The notes: generated from the sequence alone by a model not told the origin. 64,000 bases of DNA from Oculatellaceae cyanobacterium bins.114 (GCA_033764315.1 JANRJA010000242.1:1-64000), one strand, 5' to 3'. Shown: positions 17,103-28,609, numbered from the stretch's first letter. Numbers and translations are program-made.

Positions 17103-20100
17103 ATGATGTATCAGGTTGGCGGTAGTCTCAAAATCGATGCCCTTAGCTATGTACAGCGTTCTGCTGACAATGAGCTTTATGAAGCTCTACAGCAAGCTGA
17201 GTTTTGCTACGTTTTAAACTGTCGGCAGATGGGCAAATCGTCGTTGCTCGTGCAAACTCGTCATCGATTGCAACAGCAAGGATTTCGCTGTGCTGCTATT
17301 GATATGACCACGATTGGCAGTGAAACGGTGACACCAGAGCAATGGTATAAGGGCATTGCCACTGAGTTGTGGCGAAGTTTTCAGCTTCTGGGCAAGTGGG
17401 ATCTTAAAAGTTGGTGGCTCGATCAAACCAATCTATCGATAGTGCAACGGTTAAGCCAATTAATCGATGAGTTACTGCTCACCATTTTTCCAGGCGATCG
17501 CCTCATTATTTTTATCGATGAGATTGACAGTATTCTCAGTCTTAACTTTTCAGTGGATGATTTTTTTGCCTTGATTCGTTATTTCTATAATGAACGAGCT
17601 ATTAATCCGGCATATAACCGCCTCACATTTGCCATTTTTGGAGTTGCAACGCCTTCTGATCTGATTCAAGACCGCACCCGCACTCCCTTTAATATTGGCA
17701 GAGCCATTGAGCTTCAGGGGCTAAACAGAGAAGATGCCCAACCGTTAATGCGGGGGTTTAATGTTGTCGAGGGCAACCCACAAGCTATCCTAGACGCCAT
17801 CCTTGATTGGACGAATGGACAACCCTTTTTAACTCAAAAGCTGTGTCAATTGGTGGCAGATCTGAGCGATCGCCACCAAGAAAGCCTCACGATTCCAGCA
17901 GGCACTGAGGGGTTTTGGGTTGAGAGTTTAGTGCAAGGGCAAATCCTGCAAAAATGGGAGGTTCAAGACGAACCAGAACACCTGCGAACTATTCGCGATC
18001 GCATCGAGCGCAATGGGCAGCGTGCCGCCCGCATGTTAGGTCTCTACCATCAGATTCTTCAGGGCATCACAGTTCCCGTGGATGACAGCCAGGAACAACG
18101 AGAACTGCTACTTTCAGGATTAGTCAGCAAACAACAAGGGGGCTTGGTCGTCAAGAACCGGATCTATGAAGCCGTGTTTGATCTGGCATGGGTGCAGCAG
18201 CAACTGGCGAAACTGCGCCCCTATTCTCAAAACCTGGACGCCTGGATAGCCTCGCAGCAGCAAGATGAATCGCGGCTGTTACGAGGGCAAGCTCTAGAAG
18301 ATGCGTTGAACTGGTCGCACGACAAAAGTTTGAGCAATTTAGACTATCAGTTTTTAGCGACTAGCCAGGAACTCGATCGCCAAGAAACTCGCCGCCGCTT
18401 TGAGGGCGATCGCCTCAAAGAAGTGCAGCTTCGACTTGCGGTCGAACAAAAGAGTGCTCGCCGACAACGGTTCTTCTTGATCGTTGTCAGCTTTGCTCTG
18501 GCGATCGCCCTTGCTCTAGCGGGTCTTGCCTTCTATCAATATCAACAGGCCATCAAGAATCAGCAGCTTGCGTTGCAAAATGAGATCCAGGCGATCGCCA
18601 CTTCCTCTAATGCCCTTTACTTCTCAGGACGAGAACTCAATGGCATGTTAGCAGGGTTACAAGCCCAGCAAAAACTAGCCCACCTCAGTCAACCGCCACC
18701 CGCCCTGCGTCAAGAAGTTGAGTTGGCTCTGCGAAAATCTGCTTACAACATCACTGAGTCAAATCGATTATTGGGGCATCAATCAGAAGTCAATGGCGTT
18801 GCTTTTAGCCCCGATGGCGAACTCATTGTCTCTGGCAGCACCGATCAAACCGTTAAACTGTGGGAACGAAATGGCACTTTACTCAAAACCTTGACAGGCC
18901 ATACAGCAGCTGTTTGGGCAACCATGTTTAGCCCTGATGGTGAATTGATCGCGTCTTCTAGCGAAGACCACACGATCAAACTGTGGAATCGGGATGGTAC
19001 TCTGCTCAAAACGTTAACCGGACATACCTCAACCGTGTGGTACACCCTCTTTAGCCCCGATGGGCAACAGCTTGCTTCTGCGTCAGCAGACGGCACTATC
19101 AAACTCTGGAGCCGCGATGGGCAACTGATCAAAACCCTCAAGGGTCATACAGAAAGCGTCAATACCGTTGTTTTTAGCCCCGACGGGCAACAGTTGGTTT
19201 CTGCTGGCAATGATTCGACTATCCGCATCTGGGGAGTGGACGGAACGCTGATCAAAACGATCGAAGATAGGGATCAAGTGATCGGCATGGCAATTTTTAG
19301 CCCTGATAGCCAACAAATTATTGCCGCCTCAGACAATGGCACGCTCAAGTTTTGGAGCCGGAATGGAGCACTGCTCAAAAGCATTGATGCTCATCCGGGG
19401 GGTGCTTGGTCAGCAGAATTTAGTCCCGATGGTCGCTGGTTAGTGACCAGTGGTAATGATCAAACCATTAAACTGTGGAATCGGGATGGTGTATTGCTCA
19501 AAACCTTAACCGGACACACGCAAGGCGTTTGGTCTGCTAGTTTTAGCCCCGATGGGCAAACCATTATTTCCTGTGCGTGGGATCGCACCATTCGGCTCTG
19601 GCAGTTAAACAACCCTATGTTAAACGTGTTGCGAGACCACAATGATGGGGTTCGTGGTGTGGGAGTCAGCCCCGATGGTCGGTGGATTGCTTCTGCCTCT
19701 TTCGACAACACGATCAAACTCTGGCAACCAGATGGCACTCTAGTCAACACCCTAAAAGGACACGTGGGCACCGTCAATACAGTTGCCTTTAGCCCCGATA
19801 GTCAGACCATTGCCTCTGCCGCAGATGATGCTACAGTCAGGCTCTGGAACCTTGATGGACAGTTGTTAACCACCTTTCAAGGACATGCCAGTGAAGTGCA
19901 AGCAGTGGCATTTAGCCCCGACGGTCAACTGCTGGCATCCGGCGGATGGGACAATGAAGTCAAACTGTGGAAGCCAGATGGCACAGTTCTCAAAACCCTC
20001 AAGGGGCACACGACAACGATCTGGTTTATTGCCTTTAGCCCTGATGGTCAATTGATTGCCTCTGCTAGTAGTGATGGCACGGTTAAGCTATGGCAACGCG

Positions 20101-20582
20101 ATGGATCAAGGGTTGCCACCCTCAACGGGCACGCATCCAGCGTTTTCTCAGTCGCCTTTAGCCCCGATGGTCAACTGATTGCCTCTGCCAGCAACGATGG
20201 CACGTTGAAACTGTGGCGGCGCGATGGTTCACTTGTCAACACCATTGCAGGACAGCAGGTTGATCCCTTATTCGCGGTAGCCTTTAGTCCCGATGGTAAG
20301 GTTGTCGCATCTGGCTCAGAAGGCAACCAAGTGCAACTATGGCAACTCGATGGAACAGCGATCGCAACACTCAACGGACATCGTAGTCGCGTTACTGGCT
20401 TAGCCTTCGACGTTCATGGCAAGTTCCTGGCTTCTGCCAGTCAAGACAATACAGTTGTCCTATGGCAACTGCAAGAGGCAATTGATTTCAACCGAGTTTA
20501 CTCCCATAGCTGTGAGTGGGTCAAAAACTATTTGCAACACAGCACAGACCCACAAGAGCGATCGCTCTGCACGGCCAGTTAA
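17103..20582 (+). CDS. AAA_35-like STAND NTPase, transmembrane helix, about 14 WD40 repeats
   Basis: [38 protein letters not shown]; hydrophobic [37 protein letters not shown] repeats. Confidence 0.92.
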   Translation: MMYQVGGSLKIDALSYVQRSADNELYEALQQAEFCYVLNCRQMGKSSLLVQTRHRLQQQGFRCAAIDMTTIGSETVTPEQWYKGIATELWRSFQLLGKWDLKSWWLDQTNLSIVQRLSQLIDELLLTIFPGDRLIIFIDEIDSILSLNFSVDDFFALIRYFYNERAINPAYNRLTFAIFGVATPSDLIQDRTRTPFNIGRAIELQGLNREDAQPLMRGFNVVEGNPQAILDAILDWTNGQPFLTQKLCQLVADLSDRHQESLTIPAGTEGFWVESLVQGQILQKWEVQDEPEHLRTIRDRIERNGQRAARMLGLYHQILQGITVPVDDSQEQRELLLSGLVSKQQGGLVVKNRIYEAVFDLAWVQQQLAKLRPYSQNLDAWIASQQQDESRLLRGQALEDALNWSHDKSLSNLDYQFLATSQELDRQETRRRFEGDRLKEVQLRLAVEQKSARRQRFFLIVVSFALAIALALAGLAFYQYQQAIKNQQLALQNEIQAIATSSNALYFSGRELNGMLAGLQAQQKLAHLSQPPPALRQEVELALRKSAYNITESNRLLGHQSEVNGVAFSPDGELIVSGSTDQTVKLWERNGTLLKTLTGHTAAVWATMFSPDGELIASSSEDHTIKLWNRDGTLLKTLTGHTSTVWYTLFSPDGQQLASASADGTIKLWSRDGQLIKTLKGHTESVNTVVFSPDGQQLVSAGNDSTIRIWGVDGTLIKTIEDRDQVIGMAIFSPDSQQIIAASDNGTLKFWSRNGALLKSIDAHPGGAWSAEFSPDGRWLVTSGNDQTIKLWNRDGVLLKTLTGHTQGVWSASFSPDGQTIISCAWDRTIRLWQLNNPMLNVLRDHNDGVRGVGVSPDGRWIASASFDNTIKLWQPDGTLVNTLKGHVGTVNTVAFSPDSQTIASAADDATVRLWNLDGQLLTTFQGHASEVQAVAFSPDGQLLASGGWDNEVKLWKPDGTVLKTLKGHTTTIWFIAFSPDGQLIASASSDGTVKLWQRDGSRVATLNGHASSVFSVAFSPDGQLIASASNDGTLKLWRRDGSLVNTIAGQQVDPLFAVAFSPDGKVVASGSEGNQVQLWQLDGTAIATLNGHRSRVTGLAFDVHGKFLASASQDNTVVLWQLQEAIDFNRVYSHSCEWVKNYLQHSTDPQERSLCTAS

Positions 20583-20641
20583 GCCAACCCGTTAAGCCCA
20601 TGATTTTGTAAGAGCGTTTCACAAAACATGGCTCTAAAGGT

Positions 20642-23600
20642 TCACGGCATGATGCCATCACAAAGGGTGCGATTGCCCACATCAGAGCTACTGCTGTTGT
20701 GCAGATAGTCTCGTAACCAGTGACACCCACGCTCCAGCGAAATATCCAGATTAAAATCCCATAGAACAACAGCATCAGCACTAGCAGAGGCAACGATTTT
20801 GCCATCATTGCTAAAGCTTAACCCTGTGATTGCACTATCATTGCGTTTTAGGGTTGCCAACAATTTTCCAGTTTCAGCATTCCATAATTTAATCGTGCCA
20901 TCCGAGCTAGCCGATACAAACAATTTGCCATCTCGGCTAAAGGCAATGCTAGTCACAGCACTGATGTGCCCTTCTAACGTTCTGAGATATTCGCCATCGC
21001 GACTCCAAAGTCGAATGGTAGTATCGGTGCTAGCAGAAGCAATCGTTCGACCGTCAGGGCTAAAACTGACACTGTTAATTCGGTTAGTGTGTCCTTTCAA
21101 CGTTGCCAGATTTTCACCTTCTAAATTCCAGAGTTTGACCGTGTTATCCACGCTGCCTGTGGCAATCATGGTGCTATCAGGACTAAAGCTAATACTGGTG
21201 ATTTCGTCATTATGCGCTTGAAAGGTGTGAATCTTGTCACCCTCTAGATTCCAAAAGGTAAGTCTGCCAATGTCTTTGCGATAGCCATCGGTATAAATCT
21301 CAGGAGTTGTAATCGCAGCGGCGATCGCTTTTCCATCAGGACTAAAACTGACGCTGTTAATTTTGCCGGGGGTGTCAATGTTCAGCAATTCGTCTCCCTC
21401 TAGACTCCACACCCGAATCTGTCCTGGCTTGGCAAACGTAGAAGTGACAGTGCCCTCAGCCGTTTGAGAGATCGCCGGGAGAGGATTTTCAGCGATCGCA
21501 ATCTGTTCTCCATTGGGGCTAAAGCTGATGCTATCGACGCTACCGTGAGCCACAAAGCGAGCTTTTTGCCGACCGTCTATGCCCCACAAGATGAGTGCTC
21601 CATTATTCTCGGCCTGATCTGACGGGTTTGATTCCTCTAATTCTTCTGGGTTATTGACAATCCCCCCTGCGGCAATCGTGCGACCATCGGGGCTAAAGCT
21701 CACACTGGCAAGCAAACTGTTGGGTTCTTGCAGAGTCACAGGTTGAATTCCACTCAGCTTCCATAAGCGAATTGTGTTGTTGCCATCGGTCGATGCCAGA
21801 CTATCATCTGGGCCAAAATTAATACTAATCACCCGATCGACTCTCAACGTCTTAACCGTCTCAAACTCAGCAGCAGTAGGGGTGTCGTGTCCCCAAATTT
21901 TGACCGTATCGTCTGCACTGGCGATCGCCAACAGGGTGCCATCAGCATTGAAATTTAATCCTGTGATGCGATCGCTCTGCCCCGTCAAAATCTGCAACAA
22001 ATCACCTTGCCGATTCCACAGTTTAACCGTGCTATCCATTGCACCCGAAGCAATTACATTACCATCTGGGCTGATGCTAACAGACGTCACTCGACTGCCG
22101 TGGTCGATCGTCTGCAATAGATCGCCATTAGCCCCCCATACCCTCACTGTGCCATCCCAACTCCCCGTCACCAAAGTGCCGTCCTGACTAAAGCTCAAGG
22201 TTTTGACGCGATCGCTATGCTCAATTAGAGTTCGCATCAGGGTGCCATCCGAACGCCACAGATTAATGGTGTTGTCGTCACTGGTCGAAGCGATGATGCG
22301 ACCATCTGGGCTAAAGCTGACACTGGTGACTGGGCCGGTGTGTCCTCTCAGGCTCTGGAGCTCGTCACCCTCTAGATTCCATAACTTCACCGTGCCATCA
22401 TCACTGGCAGAGGCGATCGTGCGACCATCTGGACTAAAACTGATACTATTGACCCGATTGGTGTGACCTCTCAAGATGTGCAACAGTTTGCCGTCAATGC
22501 TCCACAATCGCACTGTGTTGTCTGCACTAGCAGAGGCAATGATTTGACCATCGGGGCTAAAACTCGCATAGTCAACCCACGACTCATGCCCCACCAAACG
22601 GTTATATTCCTGCACCGAGTAAATGGTGTGTTGCATGAGACTGAGCGTTGCAATCTCTAACTCTGCGGGTCTGGCAATCATGTCTTGCAGTTGTCGCCCT
22701 GCCCGAATGCTAGCAACTAGTGCACCCAACTGATCATCCGAAGATAGCAGGGCCGAAGATTGAGAAGTCGTGGCGTTAATTTCAGCGATCGCGGCCCGTC
22801 GAGCTTGCAGATAAGCGTAAGAAGCTGCCCCTGCCGTCAGCATCGCCAACAAGGTGCCCATGCCCGCGATCGCAAATGCCAACCGCTGCTCTTTACGAGT
22901 GCGTTTGAGTTTGGCTTGCAACTCAGCCTCGCGTGCTCTGGCTTTTAATAGCTCTTTATCACGTTGCAGTTGCTCAATCTCAGCTTGCCGTTGTTTTTCG
23001 AGTCGGCGTAGTTCTGAAATCTGCTTCAGCAGGGCAGGTTGTTGTTTTTTGCGAATCAGGGCAACCAGATAATCGTGAACCAACTGATAGCGAGGAGCAG
23101 GCACCTCTGGCAAAAACTGCACCAGGCCAGAGTTAACCAAGATTTTGAGAATCAGGTCGAGTGGTTCTGCTCTCCCCGGCAAGTTGACGGTTAACTGCGA
23201 CAAATTTTTGGTTAATTCATTCAGCGTTTTCAGCGTTTCATCAAGGGGGTCAGCATCCGCTGTCAAATTCATCGCCAGCTTTGCCAGACTCTCGGTTAGC
23301 TCATCTAGAGTCCTCAAAGGACGAGTGCCCTTTTCATCGGTCAGCAAATACAACACCAGGTTAGCGAGTTGCTGATTGGGCGGTCCACAATCTTCTACGA
23401 CTCGTTCTAAAAACCGTTCTACTAACTTCTCTTTAGGGTTGTCTCCTAATGCCCGATATTGATGCAGCGTAATGATGTCGTCTTCCTGTAACTGGGCACC
23501 CACGAGTTGCAACTCAATCGGACGCACCTCTCCCGACTCTTGCGCCAAATCTTGAACCAATTGATCAATCAGGGCAGGTTCTAACGAAAATTGCGATCGC

Positions 23601-25813
23601 TGCGTTAGCCGTTGCACGATCAGTTTGGCATCATTCGCCAAAAAGTTACCCAGAGGATAGCGATTATCGCGGCTGAGAATATTGTTGGTGACATCATCCA
23701 GTTGCAACCGTTCACACTCCAGCAAATGGTGCAAATAATCCTCGCGCACTGACAGCACTACTTTGACAAAGGGCAACTTCAGACACTCTCCAAAAAACTC
23801 AAAGAACGAGCGTCGATGGAGTAAGTCAGGATAGATAAAAAAGAATTCTTCAAACTGGTCAAATACGAGCACCGTTAACAAACTTTGTTGATCAGCGTTC
23901 GCCCGCAGACAATCGATTAAGTGATGAATACTGGGTTCCTCATGTTTTGGCATTTTCCAGCGAATGCCCCGCTTTGCCAAGGCTCTTGACAAGCGATTGC
24001 CCATCTCTCGAATCCAGTCGGTATAGATATTCAACACCACCGCTAAGGGATTGCGGGCCTCAATCGGTTTTTGTTCCAGGGCTGGCACCAGTCCAGCATT
24101 GATGATCGAGCTTTTGCCCACACCCGATTGCCCGTGGATGATAGTGAGGCTATATTGGCGACTACTGAGCCGCTCCAGCAAATGCTCGACATCGCGTTGT
24201 CGGCCAGAGGCAGAGATTTCCTGGGCGATCGCGATCGGTTGAGACGATGCCCCTGAGGTCTGGTTTAACGATGAGTCGTGGTTTTCTGGAATCTCTAACG
24301 ACACGATCGCTGGATTAATGACCTGTCGCTCGGCTTTGAGGCGACCCGCCCCCAAGAACGCTCTAAGGCTATATTGCTGCTCAATCGATCGCTGTTCTTG
24401 CTTAGTTTCAAAGGCTTTGAGATATTCCCCTTGTTTGTAATAGAGCGATCGCAATACCTCTAGAATGCGGGTATATAACAGCGGATCATAGGCATGGCGA
24501 CAGGCACTCATTGCCACTTCCAGGTTCTCAACGGCCTCTGACAACAGCCCTAAGCGGTGTTGTGCCTGTGCTAGCAACAGCAGATACAAACTGCGATAGT
24601 GAGGACGCGCCCAATTTAACTCGGAATAGCGGTATTGATTTTCTTCATTGGGTTCTGGAAATCGTTCGTTGGCCTGGAGTGCCAGTTCGGCATAGTGTTC
24701 TGCTTCTTGCCACGATTCACGAGCTAACGCCACCTCAGCGAGTAAGCCATAGCTATAAGCAAGGCGCACTGAGTCATTTAAATTTTGATGCAATCGCACT
24801 GCGGTATGGGCGATCGCGGCTAACTCTTCCCATTCACCCAACCGTTGCAACACCTCACCCAAGGCGATGATAAATTTAGCGGCTAAATCAGGGTGATTGT
24901 CACGCAGCAATCCATCTACACACTGGCGATAATAGTCGCGCGATCGCCGACAGGCTAAGCCAAACTCGGCTCGATGCAACGCCGCATAGCGTCGCCACCA
25001 CAACCCCAGATAAAACAACACACAGGCACGCCGACGACTAGCCGTGCTGTCATAAGAGGTATTGGCTTTCCAAAAGCCCAAACTCTTTTGATAGTGCTGA
25101 TATGCCTTGTCCAACTGATTGTTAGCATAGGCATCTAAACCCAAAATAAATTCCAGACTCGCTGCCAGATCGAGATCCAATTCCTGGTGTCGTTTTTGTA
25201 AGTCTGCTAGAGCAATTCTTAATTCAGGTTGCGCAAAGGAATCGGTTTCTAAATAGAGGGCAGAGCTGCGGGGAATACGACCTGCCCCAACATCGGTTGC
25301 CCGCTCAAACAATGCATCTGCCTGTTGTTTGAGCAATTGCACTAGATCCTCAAGGGCGATCGCAAAACGAATGGGCACCCCTGCCCAACTGTTAAAGTCA
25401 GGGGCTAGCCTCGACAGTTTCTGCATAATCGCGTCATTGACCCAAAGAATCAGGGGAAAGTTGAAACTCTTGCGAAACTCATCCCGCACTTGATTCGTCG
25501 CGGTTAAGACATCATCGAGATCTTTTACCGCATCTAGCCCCAAAATCATCAATGCCTGGGGTTGCTCTTGTCCTAACTGGGTTTTGATAAAGGTATATAG
25601 CGTCTTCTCAGTATTGTGCAGCGACAATTCTCGAATCGGGATAGGGCACTGTTCTCGCAGTTTTTGACGAATCTGTTCTTGCACTCTGCTGTAGTTGCAG
25701 CGTACCAAAATCAGGGAAAACCGCCCTTGAGAAAAGGCGATCGCCCGCGATAACGTCTTCAATGATTCCTCGTTGTAAGCAGCGACGTCTTCAGAGTGCA
25801 ATAAGTCAGTCAT
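20642..25813 (-). CDS. Degenerate P-loop-like N-terminal domain, TPR, STAND NTPase (nSTAND1-like), transmembrane helix, WD40 repeats
   Basis: GQSGVGKSS Walker A, VFDQFEEFF Walker B, VRPIELQLVG, YQLVHDYL; TPR-like helices at about aa 220-480; hydrophobic LAFAIAGMGTLLAMLTAGAASYAY; WD40 C-terminus. Confidence 0.9.
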   Translation of the reverse strand: MTDLLHSEDVAAYNEESLKTLSRAIAFSQGRFSLILVRCNYSRVQEQIRQKLREQCPIPIRELSLHNTEKTLYTFIKTQLGQEQPQALMILGLDAVKDLDDVLTATNQVRDEFRKSFNFPLILWVNDAIMQKLSRLAPDFNSWAGVPIRFAIALEDLVQLLKQQADALFERATDVGAGRIPRSSALYLETDSFAQPELRIALADLQKRHQELDLDLAASLEFILGLDAYANNQLDKAYQHYQKSLGFWKANTSYDSTASRRRACVLFYLGLWWRRYAALHRAEFGLACRRSRDYYRQCVDGLLRDNHPDLAAKFIIALGEVLQRLGEWEELAAIAHTAVRLHQNLNDSVRLAYSYGLLAEVALARESWQEAEHYAELALQANERFPEPNEENQYRYSELNWARPHYRSLYLLLLAQAQHRLGLLSEAVENLEVAMSACRHAYDPLLYTRILEVLRSLYYKQGEYLKAFETKQEQRSIEQQYSLRAFLGAGRLKAERQVINPAIVSLEIPENHDSSLNQTSGASSQPIAIAQEISASGRQRDVEHLLERLSSRQYSLTIIHGQSGVGKSSIINAGLVPALEQKPIEARNPLAVVLNIYTDWIREMGNRLSRALAKRGIRWKMPKHEEPSIHHLIDCLRANADQQSLLTVLVFDQFEEFFFIYPDLLHRRSFFEFFGECLKLPFVKVVLSVREDYLHHLLECERLQLDDVTNNILSRDNRYPLGNFLANDAKLIVQRLTQRSQFSLEPALIDQLVQDLAQESGEVRPIELQLVGAQLQEDDIITLHQYRALGDNPKEKLVERFLERVVEDCGPPNQQLANLVLYLLTDEKGTRPLRTLDELTESLAKLAMNLTADADPLDETLKTLNELTKNLSQLTVNLPGRAEPLDLILKILVNSGLVQFLPEVPAPRYQLVHDYLVALIRKKQQPALLKQISELRRLEKQRQAEIEQLQRDKELLKARAREAELQAKLKRTRKEQRLAFAIAGMGTLLAMLTAGAASYAYLQARRAAIAEINATTSQSSALLSSDDQLGALVASIRAGRQLQDMIARPAELEIATLSLMQHTIYSVQEYNRLVGHESWVDYASFSPDGQIIASASADNTVRLWSIDGKLLHILRGHTNRVNSISFSPDGRTIASASDDGTVKLWNLEGDELQSLRGHTGPVTSVSFSPDGRIIASTSDDNTINLWRSDGTLMRTLIEHSDRVKTLSFSQDGTLVTGSWDGTVRVWGANGDLLQTIDHGSRVTSVSISPDGNVIASGAMDSTVKLWNRQGDLLQILTGQSDRITGLNFNADGTLLAIASADDTVKIWGHDTPTAAEFETVKTLRVDRVISINFGPDDSLASTDGNNTIRLWKLSGIQPVTLQEPNSLLASVSFSPDGRTIAAGGIVNNPEELEESNPSDQAENNGALILWGIDGRQKARFVAHGSVDSISFSPNGEQIAIAENPLPAISQTAEGTVTSTFAKPGQIRVWSLEGDELLNIDTPGKINSVSFSPDGKAIAAAITTPEIYTDGYRKDIGRLTFWNLEGDKIHTFQAHNDEITSISFSPDSTMIATGSVDNTVKLWNLEGENLATLKGHTNRINSVSFSPDGRTIASASTDTTIRLWSRDGEYLRTLEGHISAVTSIAFSRDGKLFVSASSDGTIKLWNAETGKLLATLKRNDSAITGLSFSNDGKIVASASADAVVLWDFNLDISLERGCHWLRDYLHNSSSSDVGNRTLCDGIMP

Positions 25814-25815
25814 GG

Positions 25816-27228
25816 CTACGATGAACTAGCCTGTTTTTGCCAGGTTTGAAATTGTTGTGTTTCTTCTAACACTGGGTTGATACCAAACCAGCGTCCCTGT
25901 TGATCCCAATATTCAAAGAAAAACATACTGGGAAGCAAAATTTGAAACTCCTCTTCCCCTCGCAGGGTTTGCTGTTGCACCACCCGCAAGATCATCTCCC
26001 ACTCTTTATCGTCAATCGTCAACAGCAAGTCATCTCGATATTCTTGAATCACTCGCTCCACACAGCGACGATTCAGTGGCAAGTCTTCGCGTCGTAAGCA
26101 GGAATAGAGCAGTGCCAAGAGTTTTCGCACATGTCCACCACTCACCCAACACAATCGATCAAGGGTTTCAGAGCTATCAAACACTTTGGTAATGCGCTCC
26201 TCAAATTGGGCATCCAATTGAGCCTGATCTAGATCGTCAGTTGGCACCAACTCAGGAAAAGCTCGAACTAACACCATCTGGCGCAACAGACGCATTCCCT
26301 CTGGCTCGACACCTCCCGTCCGATGCCGCACTGGCACCATCGGCAGCACCTTGGGAGCCATGCCCCCTCCCAAGCGATTTTTGAGCATTTCACTGCTATT
26401 TGAGAACAGCAACATCAGGGGCACCGTGTAGACCAGATGGCACTTGAGGTTGCGGAGTTGCTCGCCACGATCGATAAACAGATACTCTGTCTGAAGCTTG
26501 CCCGACACCGACGGACGCGGTTCCACCCGATCCAGGTTATCGACAATCACCACCAGTCCTTTTTTGCCCTGCTGCTTGAGAATTTGGGTCGCAGGTTGCA
26601 ACAACTCGTCGTTGATGACTTGCAAAATCGTGTTGGTGCGCGGTTCTAGATATTGCCGCAAGCGACTGCGCAGATTGGGGCTATCTTTGACACGAGCCGT
26701 AATCTTGCCAATTCCCACAGGCAATGAAAATTCCAGGTTGCCGCTAGAGCTAGCAGAGACTTTGCCCAACCCCGCCAACTCTGCCTCCCCAGACAACTCA
26801 ACAGGGGTTTGCAAAAACTCAACTGTTTTTCTGAGAAACTCTCTAAACCCCTTGGGTTGTAAAAAGATCTGACTGCGCTCTAAACTCTCACTCACCTGAC
26901 GGGCGATCGCCAACAAGATATCTGTCACCTCAACATCGACCATGTCGAGGTCTTGAGTTGACTCAAAGTAGACAACATAAAAATTTTGTTGCTCTAACTC
27001 AGCTTTGAGGCGCAACAGTTCCGTTGATTTGCCACAGCCGATGTGACCGCTAAAGAGTTGACACGTGGGACGCTCGGAGGAAAATCGAATCGTGCGTTCG
27101 AGTTCTCGAATCATGTTGCTGCCTCGAACAGCAGAAAAATCAATGTAATAGGGTTGATCTTCGGGGTTACCTAGATTAAGCGTGCGGGTGGGGTTGCAAA
27201 CATCAAAAAAACGCTGAAAGTCTACCAT
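25816..27228 (-). CDS. Stand-alone P-loop ATPase (AAA+/STAND-related)
   Basis: GHIGCGKST Walker A, VVIVDNLDR Walker B, SGGHVR; ends 2 bp before the start of the 1723-aa gene. Confidence 0.88.
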   Translation of the reverse strand: MVDFQRFFDVCNPTRTLNLGNPEDQPYYIDFSAVRGSNMIRELERTIRFSSERPTCQLFSGHIGCGKSTELLRLKAELEQQNFYVVYFESTQDLDMVDVEVTDILLAIARQVSESLERSQIFLQPKGFREFLRKTVEFLQTPVELSGEAELAGLGKVSASSSGNLEFSLPVGIGKITARVKDSPNLRSRLRQYLEPRTNTILQVINDELLQPATQILKQQGKKGLVVIVDNLDRVEPRPSVSGKLQTEYLFIDRGEQLRNLKCHLVYTVPLMLLFSNSSEMLKNRLGGGMAPKVLPMVPVRHRTGGVEPEGMRLLRQMVLVRAFPELVPTDDLDQAQLDAQFEERITKVFDSSETLDRLCWVSGGHVRKLLALLYSCLRREDLPLNRRCVERVIQEYRDDLLLTIDDKEWEMILRVVQQQTLRGEEEFQILLPSMFFFEYWDQQGRWFGINPVLEETQQFQTWQKQASSS

Positions 27229-27559
27229 TGCTCTTGTCCAGTCAGGGGGGCTTGATGGTGCTCATCATGGGGCGCATAAAAAGCTACCCGATGGTGATTC
27301 ACGATTCCGGTTTTACATCTACTTTTCTTGAGAGAGTCACGCTTTTATGCCAGTCATCTGAGCGGTGCACAGGGTACTGCCATCTTACTCCTGCTGAGTC
27401 ATAGGACACAGTTCCCCAATTGGGTCATTTTGATAGCCTAGTATTGTGACGTGTTTTAGCAGGGTTGAACAGATGGAGTCACCCCTCATGACTCAATCTT
27501 CAGGGCAATCTCTCATGAGCTTTCACAAAACTCCGCTGCACGTTTGGCGATCGCTCTAC

Positions 27560-27664
27560 TATAGCCGTAGTCATTCAGGTTAGGACGGGGTGCAGGGGTG
27601 GAACCCCTAGCTGGGGGCGATGCCCCCACAACTCCTATGTCCTAAGTTAGCTGGCTACAGCTAT
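27560..27664. mobile_element. TATAGC-ended MITE-like element with internal GC hairpins
   Basis: ATAGCCGTAGTCA...TGGCTACAGCTAT imperfect terminal inverted repeats; AGGGGTGGAACCCCT and GGGGGCGATGCCCCC hairpins. Confidence 0.7.
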
Positions 27665-27883
27665 CTCTCTGATCATGACTCAAAGACACGTTGACCAGTA
27701 CCAGAATTTGCCTAAGACTTTCACCGAACGGTAGCGGGTTTGTTGAATGGGAATGGAGTGAATTTAGCCCCGGCTAACCCTTCAAATCAACTTCAATTGC
27801 AAGTCAGTAAATGGGTGGCTTACCCAGTTTAAAGATGCGTTGTAAAGCCCTAAAGTTCCAGTACAAACTAACTTATTGAGCAC

Positions 27884-28609
27884 TCAAATCGCCGTTGGAT
27901 CAACTCCTAATTCGCGCAACTTTGCCGCTAACCGATCAGCGCGTTGTCGTTCTGCCTCAGTTGTTGCCTGGGCGATCGCCGCTGCTTCTTCTGGGGTTTG
28001 CACCAACTCTCCATTAGCCGTAAAAAAGCGTAACTGGCGATCGTGAATGCCCAAAAACAACCCTAACTGTTGACTCCACCGATGACCTTGATCAGTCAGG
28101 GGAATCTCCTGATAAGCTCCATCTACTAAATGAAATCCCTCAAACTCCAAACTCTCAGGGTCAAACCAAAAATAATCCGGAGTCCGAAAGATGTCTTGAT
28201 AAATCTCTTTCTTTAAGCCGCGATCGGTTTGAGCCGTAGAGTCTGACAACAACTCAACAATCACATTTGGATATTGACCGTTCTCTTCCCATACCACCCA
28301 ACTCTTGCGAGGCTTGCGCTCCGTGCCTAATACGACAAAGAAATCCGGTCCTCGAAAATCCTCTGACTTCCGCCGTTGAGAGCTGTAGTAAATTGTAAGA
28401 TTGCCAGCTGCAAAGTAATCATTTCGGTCTTGCCACAACCAATCTAAACATTTAATCAACAGCATCATTTGCTGTAAATGAAGATAACTTTCCAAGGGGG
28501 GTTCGTTGCTGTAGAGACCACCAGGCGGAAACACAACACCATTGAGGGTCACCTCTTCTGTGACGGGGGTTTGGTGTGGCTGATTAGCAGTGACAGACAT
28601 AGGCATCAA
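27884..28609 (-). CDS. Uma2-family (DUF820) putative endonuclease
   Basis: EPPLESYLH, GPDFFVV, RKSWVVWEE, P.VIVELLS.ST...D...KK..Y, YFWFDP. Confidence 0.9.
   Translation of the reverse strand: MMPMSVTANQPHQTPVTEEVTLNGVVFPPGGLYSNEPPLESYLHLQQMMLLIKCLDWLWQDRNDYFAAGNLTIYYSSQRRKSEDFRGPDFFVVLGTERKPRKSWVVWEENGQYPNVIVELLSDSTAQTDRGLKKEIYQDIFRTPDYFWFDPESLEFEGFHLVDGAYQEIPLTDQGHRWSQQLGLFLGIHDRQLRFFTANGELVQTPEEAAAIAQATTEAERQRADRLAAKLRELGVDPTAI

Noticed and set aside
18845-22660. Many 60-140 aa antisense ORFs in the WD40 regions
   Set aside because: They are stop-poor shadows of repetitive WD40 coding sequence.
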